A stretch of 64,000 bases of DNA, taken from NCBI GenBank assembly GCA_030613505.1, contig JAUWLW010000007.1, forward strand, positions 6,360 to 70,359, in the 5' to 3' direction. The notes beneath the pieces were generated by a model. It was given only the letters and a program-made list of their open reading frames with translations, did not search any database and was not told the origin of the DNA. The DNA comes from Candidatus Zixiibacteriota bacterium (GTDB taxonomy: Bacteria > RBG-13-66-14 > B26-G2 > WVWN01). The translations under genes were made by a program, and so were the position numbers. Below are positions 57,945-64,000 of the stretch, piece by piece. Position 1 is the stretch's first letter. Each line of letters starts with the position of its first letter.

Positions 57945-58482
57945 CACCGATATCCTATTACGGAACCGGAGAGTGTTCGCCAACGCCAGGGATGCGGCGT
58001 TTGCGAATGCCGGTAGCTTAATCGACGAAATCCTTGCCCGTTACGGCGAAAACGGCGCCGAGTTAATGGACCCGGATGAACTAAAAAACTTAATGGCGGC
58101 GCTTGTCGACCGCCTTTACCACGCCCGATATTTCGCTAGGTTATCGGCCGGGGGTAACAACCTGCATCCTCCGCCGGAAATCGATTACGTTGAGCAAGCC
58201 TATTTAGACCACGTCGAGACGACCTATTCCTACTCGCGTTCTATTAACCGTTTCGTACATCACGAACTACTCATCGATTCCTTTGTGCGCGAGCACCCGG
58301 ACGTTTCAGAGGACTTTAAAACTTACCTCGCGGAGATACGTAAAAGCGACGCGAACTTAATATACATAAATCTTCGGAGTTTAAGGGAACGTATGCGCGT
58401 CTTCGCCCGTTATGTGGACCGTCCGGCCGCCGTCGCGGCCGAATACTTCAAACACCCTCTCGGCGTCGAGCAAGGAGAATAA
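57931..58482 (+). CDS. Hypothetical helical protein
   Basis: Overlaps the upstream stop and abuts the next gene; no family recognised. Confidence 0.65.
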   Translation: MKSTNTDILLRNRRVFANARDAAFANAGSLIDEILARYGENGAELMDPDELKNLMAALVDRLYHARYFARLSAGGNNLHPPPEIDYVEQAYLDHVETTYSYSRSINRFVHHELLIDSFVREHPDVSEDFKTYLAEIRKSDANLIYINLRSLRERMRVFARYVDRPAAVAAEYFKHPLGVEQGE

Positions 58483-58956
58483 ATGGCCAAGTACGTCTTC
58501 CGCATTATATGCCTGCTTTCGGCGTTGACCTTATTATACCCGTCGGTATCGCCGGCCAAAACGGCCAAACCCGTAATAGCGGTTTTTAATTTCGAAACCG
58601 TAAATACAACCGACTACCTGGGTCCGGTAACCGCTCGTTACCTGATGACGGCGCTAGCCTATTTGGGTAAATATAAGGTTATCGAACCGGAAAAAATCGA
58701 AAAGGTTTTGGAGGGCGCCGGTATCGGCGAGGGCGAAGCCATCGAGACAGGGACGGCCGCAACGTTGGGAAAGAAGTTGGGGGCTATGGTGGCGTGCCGC
58801 GGCAAAGTAACAAAAAAAGGCAATAAATATACTATTACCGTTGATTTTATAAGTACGGCCAACGCCGCCGTCATTACCTCTAATAGCGCGAACGTAACGG
58901 GCGAAGCAAACCTATCAAAAGGTATCGACCGTATAGTTGGTCTAACGAAAGATTGA
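58483..58956 (+). CDS. Secreted CsgG/FlgO/TolB-N-like domain protein
   Basis: Signal peptide; IAVFNF, KYKVIE, A..LGKKLGA....G. Confidence 0.75.
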   Translation: MAKYVFRIICLLSALTLLYPSVSPAKTAKPVIAVFNFETVNTTDYLGPVTARYLMTALAYLGKYKVIEPEKIEKVLEGAGIGEGEAIETGTAATLGKKLGAMVACRGKVTKKGNKYTITVDFISTANAAVITSNSANVTGEANLSKGIDRIVGLTKD

Positions 58957-59639
58957 GGTCGCTACTAGCCAGGCGGAACTCTTTTTTTACCGTGGCCGCG
59001 GCGGCTTTTTTATTAAACGCTGTGGCCGCTCGGGGCCAAAGCGATACTGCAGCCTTCGCCGAGGTGTTGGATGAAGCCGTCGGTTTCGCCCGGGGCGGCG
59101 ACCGCGAGAAGGCGAGCGAGGTTTTTTTGGAGCTCGCGTCCGAATACCCGGGTGAAGCCGCTATACTGTATAACCTCGCTTTAACGTACGAATTCGACGC
59201 AGACGGGAACCGGTACAAAGGTGAAAACCTAAACCTGGCCGCGTCGTATTACGAGGAGGCGTTGGCAGCAGATCCGCGCTTCAGCCCCGCTCGATTCAAC
59301 GTCGCGGTCGTATGGCATAAACTGGGTTATTTAGAAGAAGCCGCGCGCAAGTACCGCCTTATTGCGAAGGGTGGAGGGGAATTAGGTCGTCGCGCGGAAT
59401 ATAACCTGGCCTTGGTATTGAGGGAGAGGGGCCTAACCGAAGAAGCTGCCGATATCTTAAAACAAGGTGAGGGAGTTTACGACGACGTATCGCGCGTACG
59501 GTTGTTGGCGCTGTTGGCCGAAGACGCCGGCGAGGTGGGGAGAGCCATCCGCCTTTGGAAACGAGCGTTAGCGCTGGGCGACAACGCCGTTTTGAACGCG
59601 CTGGCCGTAAAACACCTTCAGGCCCTTCGGGGTTACTGA
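58953..59639 (+). CDS. Secreted TPR protein
   Basis: Signal peptide; YNLA, YEEALAADP, FNVA, YNLALV. Confidence 0.8.
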   Translation: MRSLLARRNSFFTVAAAAFLLNAVAARGQSDTAAFAEVLDEAVGFARGGDREKASEVFLELASEYPGEAAILYNLALTYEFDADGNRYKGENLNLAASYYEEALAADPRFSPARFNVAVVWHKLGYLEEAARKYRLIAKGGGELGRRAEYNLALVLRERGLTEEAADILKQGEGVYDDVSRVRLLALLAEDAGEVGRAIRLWKRALALGDNAVLNALAVKHLQALRGY

Positions 59640-59661
59640 ATATGCGATGAGGAGGCGTTAA

Positions 59662-60612
59662 TTGGGCATGTCTTCTAAAAGATGGTGGCTAATGGGCGGA
59701 GGAGCGGCCTTATTCGCGCTGCTCATGATAATCGTCGCTTTGGCCGTACTCTGCCGCGTTCTGCCCGAGGTCAAAGCTTATTCCCCGTTAGGCAAGAAGA
59801 TCGCGGTATTGGACATACGAGGGTCGATTATATCATCAGAGGATACCATCAAGATAATCCACTCGTACCGGGACGACCCGACGGTCGCCGCCGTCGTCCT
59901 TTACATCGATAGCCCGGGGGGCGGGGTAGCGCCGTCTCAGGAGATCTACACTGAATTACTACAGTTAAAAGAGAAAGATAAAAAAGTATACGCGTATATG
60001 TCCAACCTCGGCGCTTCGGGAGGGTATTACGTCGCGTGCGCGAGCGATAAAATTTACGCCTCGCCCGGTACCCTTACCGGGTCCATCGGCGTTATTTTAA
60101 CCTTCACTAACGTGGAGGGCCTTTTCGGTAAGATAGGCCTCTCGAGCAAAACCATCAAGAGCGGCCGCTATAAGGATATCGGCTCGCCGTTCCGGCCCAT
60201 GACGCCCGAAGAAGAAGCCTTGCTAGGCGAAACGGTGGACGACGTATACGAGCAGTTCCTCGATACGGTAATCGAGGCGCGGCGGGACGCCATATCCGAT
60301 AAGCTCGAAGACGCAGGCGTCGAGAAACCCACGAAATACCGCGTGCGCCGGTACGTCATGGAATATGCCGACGGCCGGATATTCTCGGGCCGGCAAGCCC
60401 AAGAGCTTGGGTTTGTCGATGAGCTGGGTAATTTCCAAAAATGTCTGAAAGACGTCGCGCGGGAGATCGGCGTCAAGGGACGTCCTACTATCGTGAGGAA
60501 AAAGACCAAGGAGAGATCTCTTTACGACGTACTCTTCGGGCGCGTTCGCGCCGAACTCCTGGGTTTGGGCGAACCAACAACCCGTGTAGAATTGAAATAC
60601 TCTCTCTATTAA
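59662..60612 (+). CDS. sppA: Signal peptide peptidase SppA (short type)
   Basis: IDSPGG, GASGGYY, TGSIGV, KSGRYKD, DGRIFSG. Confidence 0.94.
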   Translation: MGMSSKRWWLMGGGAALFALLMIIVALAVLCRVLPEVKAYSPLGKKIAVLDIRGSIISSEDTIKIIHSYRDDPTVAAVVLYIDSPGGGVAPSQEIYTELLQLKEKDKKVYAYMSNLGASGGYYVACASDKIYASPGTLTGSIGVILTFTNVEGLFGKIGLSSKTIKSGRYKDIGSPFRPMTPEEEALLGETVDDVYEQFLDTVIEARRDAISDKLEDAGVEKPTKYRVRRYVMEYADGRIFSGRQAQELGFVDELGNFQKCLKDVAREIGVKGRPTIVRKKTKERSLYDVLFGRVRAELLGLGEPTTRVELKYSLY

Positions 60613-60691
60613 AGAGGGGGTCGGTCGCCGTCGACCAAGAGGGCCGGCGTTACGCAAGGGAAGTTAAACCGTTAACTCAGGGAGTCGCGAC

Positions 60692-61657
60692 GTGCGTAAA
60701 TCAGCTATATTATTATCCTGCTTTACCCTAGTCCTCGTAATCGGTTGTGCTAAACAAGCCGAGGAAGCCCCCCTAGTCGGCGAAAAAGAACTCTACGAAG
60801 AGAAAGCCGCCCCCGAGGCCGCACCCACCGCGCCCGGCGAAGACCTGAAATACAAACGGGCCGAGGGCGAAATGCCGGCCAGAGGAGCTACCGACGCGGC
60901 CGAAGGTGAACGGGCCGACCTAACCGATGTCTTAGGAGGCGTGGCTGAAGCCGCAGACGTCGCCGGCGAATTAAAACTCATAAAAACAGCCGACCTAACG
61001 TGCGAGATCGACGACGTCGATGAGGGCTTCGAACAGGTGTATGCCGTCGCGGCGGCCGAGAGAGCGCTCGTCGTCGGCACCAACCGTGCCGTAGCCGAAG
61101 AAGGTTACGTATTCGGTTCGGTGACGTTAAAAGTCCATCCGTCGAAGTTCGACGAAACGGTGAGGGCTTTACGGGAAATAGGGCGGCTGGTGTCGGAGAG
61201 TAGTACGACGGAAGACGTTACACAGGAATACGTAGACGTCCAAGCGCGCCTCGAAAACGCCGAAGCGACGCGCGCCCGTTACCTGGAGATCCTGGCGATA
61301 CGCGCCGGCACGGTACCCGACATCCTGGAAGTGGAGCGGGAGATCGAACGCGTAACTGAAAATATCGAACGTTTCAAAGGCCAAATCCGCTACTTCGACG
61401 CTCAAATAGGATTGTCTACTATCACCATCCACTTCGAACAACCTCACGCCGCCGTTCCTACCGGTTACAGCTTCGTAAAAGCCGTAAAAGACGCGTTCCG
61501 TATCGCGGTCCGCATCTGTATTTTCTTAGTCCAAGCCGTTATCGTATTGCTGCCTTTTATAATATTATTAATAATTATGGTATTGGTAATCAGGCTCATC
61601 GTATGGTCTATACAACGGCGTAGGCGTAAGGCTAAACAAGCGGCTATAGACGCCTAA
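60692..61657 (+). CDS. DUF4349 lipoprotein
   Basis: VIGC lipobox; LIKTA, EDVTQEYVDV.ARL, STITI, C-terminal TM. Confidence 0.9.
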   Translation: MRKSAILLSCFTLVLVIGCAKQAEEAPLVGEKELYEEKAAPEAAPTAPGEDLKYKRAEGEMPARGATDAAEGERADLTDVLGGVAEAADVAGELKLIKTADLTCEIDDVDEGFEQVYAVAAAERALVVGTNRAVAEEGYVFGSVTLKVHPSKFDETVRALREIGRLVSESSTTEDVTQEYVDVQARLENAEATRARYLEILAIRAGTVPDILEVEREIERVTENIERFKGQIRYFDAQIGLSTITIHFEQPHAAVPTGYSFVKAVKDAFRIAVRICIFLVQAVIVLLPFIILLIIMVLVIRLIVWSIQRRRRKAKQAAIDA

Positions 61658-61752
61658 GGGTACAGCTCCTTCGGCTAACATTCGACCTAAAAGGTCGACT
61701 ACCGTTCGGGAACGGGTCAAGGCGTGCGTCGATAGCGCGGAGGTTATACGAA

Positions 61753-62079
61753 ATGACTAAAGCGGATTTAGCCCGTTCGATAGCGAAAAAACACAACCTA
61801 ACGCAAAAAGAAGCGGTAAGCGTCGTAGACGCCGTCCTCGAAACTATAACCGACGCTCTGGCACAGGGCGATAAAGTTGAGCTTCGTGGTTTCGGTTCTT
61901 TCGCAGTTAAAAACCGACCCGCACGTACAGCGCGAAATCCGAAAACAGGTGAACGAGTCTCCGTACCTCCGAAAGTTACTCCGGCTTTTAAGGCTTCTAA
62001 AGCATTAAAAAAACTACTAGCGGAAGAGCGGTACGAGGTAGAGGTACCGTCCGAACAACAAACCGAGAATATGAGGTGA
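61753..62079 (+). CDS. HU/IHF DNA-binding protein
   Basis: MTKADL, VELRGFGSF, ARNPKTGE, FKAS. Confidence 0.95.
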   Translation: MTKADLARSIAKKHNLTQKEAVSVVDAVLETITDALAQGDKVELRGFGSFAVKNRPARTARNPKTGERVSVPPKVTPAFKASKALKKLLAEERYEVEVPSEQQTENMR

Positions 62080-62082
62080 AAT

Positions 62083-62172
62083 ATGGGTTGTCCTAGAAAA
62101 AGGAAACGCAAGAAAATAGCAAAGCACAAGAGAAAGAAGAAATCTCGGGCGAATAGGCATAAAAAGAAGTAA
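62083..62172 (+). CDS. bS22/mS38 (AURKAIP1/COX24)-like small basic ribosomal protein
   Basis: Not in ORF track. MGCPRKRKRKKIAKHKRKKKSRANRHKKK (29 aa), GAGGTG SD. Confidence 0.85.
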   Translation: MGCPRKRKRKKIAKHKRKKKSRANRHKKK

Positions 62173-62327
62173 GAGGCCGGTGGCTATATTAACATAATAT
62201 GTATTATCAGACATTTACCTATATCCTTGTTTGACCTTTTTATAGTCTTTTTTATCCTTATTTCCCAATCGTTTAAATCCCCATATTTAATATTATCCTT
62301 CACCATCGCGAACTTATTTATATGATT

Positions 62328-62350
62328 AAGCTCCCTTTCTCAGGGAGCTT
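62328..62350. terminator. Hairpin between convergent genes
   Basis: AAGCTCCCT-TTCTC-AGGGAGCTT perfect 9-bp stem just past the glgA stop; U-tract weak. Confidence 0.5.
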
Positions 62351-62358
62351 TAACGCTA

Positions 62359-63834
62359 CTAGCGTTTTCGCCGTGCCCCTAACTTTTTCCTCTTCGCTAA
62401 CCGGTAAAGCTTCATGTATTCCCTGGCCGAACGTTCCCAAGAAAAATCTTTTCCCATACCGCGCCGCATAATATTCCGCCACCGCCGCGGCCTCGAGTAC
62501 GCCGCTAAGGCCCTTTCTAACGCTTCTACCATGGCTCGCCCGGTATAGCGTTCGAACGCGAAGCCCACGCCCTCCCGCTTACTCTCGTCAGCATCTCTTA
62601 CGGTATCGGCTAAACCGCCTGTCGCTCTAACTACCGGTACGGTACCGTAAGCTAAAGCAATCATTTGCCCCAAACCGCACGGTTCGTAACGTGACGGCAT
62701 CAAAATCATATCGGAGCCGGCGTATATGCGGTGGGCCATCGCGTCGTCGAACATTAAGTGCGACGAGAATTTCTTGGGATGTCGCTTAGCTACTTCTTTA
62801 AAAAGGCGGTGATATTTTCGGTCCCCCGTACCTAACAAGATGTAGCGACACGGCAGCTGCAAGATACTATCGATTCCGTCCACTAGGATATCAAAACCTT
62901 TTTGATCGGCGAGCCGCGAAACTATACTTACCAGCGCCTTTTTATTTTCTTGGGCGAAACCATTCTCCTTCTCGAGCACCTGCTTACACAAAACCTTGCC
63001 TTTGAGATTTTCCGCACGGTAATTAGCCGCTATATGGGGATCTTTTTTCGGATTCCAAATCGTATAATCGATGCCGTTTAGTACGCCGTGCAAATCGGCG
63101 CGCCGCTGGCGGAGAACGCCGTCCATCACGAAGCCGAATTCAGGCGTTTGGATCTCTTCGCAGTATCTTTCGCTGACGGTACTAATCAAGTCCGCGTGAA
63201 GGATACCCGCTTTGAGAAATGAGAATTGGCCGAAGAATTCCAAGTCATTCATCACGAAGCGGTCCCAGCTAACGTTCGTAATCGGAAAATATTTCTTATC
63301 GAAGTTCCCCTGATACCCGGTGTTATGTATAGTAAATAACGTCCCGGTACCGGCGAATTCTTCAGCATAATGGTCTTTGACGTACACCGGAACCAAGCCC
63401 GTCTGCCAGTCGTGCGCGTTTATGCAGGCGGGATTTATTTTTTCGGCGAGGATGAGTTCCAGCGCGCCGCGGCATAATAACGTGAAGCGTTCCGCGTTGT
63501 CGGGATAATCGATTCCCTTTTCCTGATATAAACCGTCCCGGTAGAAGTAGGGGTCGTAGGCTAAAAAGAAAGCCGTTATATCCGTATCCGGTATATTAGT
63601 CGCGTAGACGGTAGTCGTTATTGTGTTGACGCCCACCGGCACCGTTAAACGCCCTACCCTCTTCTCGCCAAAGCCTCCCCGGGCCACCTCTTTGTAGTAA
63701 GGCATTATGAGCGTCGGCTTGGCGCCTACTTTTGCTAACGCTTTAGGAAGAGAACCGGCGACGTCGGCCAAACCACCCGTTTTAGCGAACGGTACGGCTT
63801 CCGAAACGACCAGAACAACTTTCAACCTAGCCAT
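62359..63834 (-). CDS. glgA: Glycogen synthase
   Basis: PFAKTGGLADV, HDWQ, TIHN, SRLADQKG, PSRYEPCGL, TGGLADTV. Confidence 0.96.
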   Translation of the reverse strand: MARLKVVLVVSEAVPFAKTGGLADVAGSLPKALAKVGAKPTLIMPYYKEVARGGFGEKRVGRLTVPVGVNTITTTVYATNIPDTDITAFFLAYDPYFYRDGLYQEKGIDYPDNAERFTLLCRGALELILAEKINPACINAHDWQTGLVPVYVKDHYAEEFAGTGTLFTIHNTGYQGNFDKKYFPITNVSWDRFVMNDLEFFGQFSFLKAGILHADLISTVSERYCEEIQTPEFGFVMDGVLRQRRADLHGVLNGIDYTIWNPKKDPHIAANYRAENLKGKVLCKQVLEKENGFAQENKKALVSIVSRLADQKGFDILVDGIDSILQLPCRYILLGTGDRKYHRLFKEVAKRHPKKFSSHLMFDDAMAHRIYAGSDMILMPSRYEPCGLGQMIALAYGTVPVVRATGGLADTVRDADESKREGVGFAFERYTGRAMVEALERALAAYSRPRRWRNIMRRGMGKDFSWERSAREYMKLYRLAKRKKLGARRKR

Positions 63835-63841
63835 AAAAACC

Positions 63842-64000
63842 TCAGTCGGTACGGTGAGTCCGCAAACATTCCGCCACTTGTTCGGGGACGGTAGGGTTTA
63901 TATAAAAACCGGTCCCCCACTCGAAACCCGCAACCTTCGCCAATTTCGGTATTATTTCGATGTGCCAATGGTAGTGTTCCAGCTCGTCCATGCCGCACGG
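63842..64000 (-). CDS. galT: GalT-like nucleotidyltransferase, 3' end
   Basis: Not in ORF track. ...HYHWHIEIIPKLAKVAGFEWGTGFYINPTVPE...* matches the GalT C-terminus. Confidence 0.85.
   Translation of the reverse strand, partial: PCGMDELEHYHWHIEIIPKLAKVAGFEWGTGFYINPTVPEQVAECLRTHRTD

Overview
GC-rich chromosomal window from a diderm bacterium (LptA/LptB, lipoproteins, a T9SS/FlgD-type C-terminal sorting domain). Assignment to an uncultured candidate lineage is only an inference. The window is dense, mostly housekeeping, and I saw no CRISPR array, IS element or prophage. Main blocks: mtnA-deoB; yggS; cdd; nfi; lgt-asnS; a ClC fragment plus two CNNM genes; a DUF4388/HD-GYP/DUF3795 cluster; pdp; two GT-C paralogs; lptA-lptB-rpoN-lpdA-lipA-hpf-ptsN-hprK with a complete mannose-class PTS; tsaE-tsaB-rimI; coaE-queD-queC-DUF366-queE; nadA-nadC-merR; three tRNAs (Pro-CGG, Pro-GGG, Arg-CCT); an RpoS-like sigma factor and apt; a GYF_2x3-RDD operon; sppA; HU; glgA and the 3' end of a galT-like gene. 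The ORF track misses or truncates four genes: a probable selenoprotein (C-GCAxxG-C-C family, in-frame UGA at the conserved Cys followed by a SECIS-like hairpin, 21692-22165), a 29-aa bS22/mS38-like ribosomal protein (62083-62172) and the two edge genes. Other unusual points: a single-chain tandem PurS with no purQ/purL nearby, a GH57 glucanotransferase coupled inside the PTS operon, DUF366 inside the preQ0 operon, a G1:C72 tRNA-Pro, and several apparently leaderless genes. All family calls come from motif recognition by eye; no searches were run.
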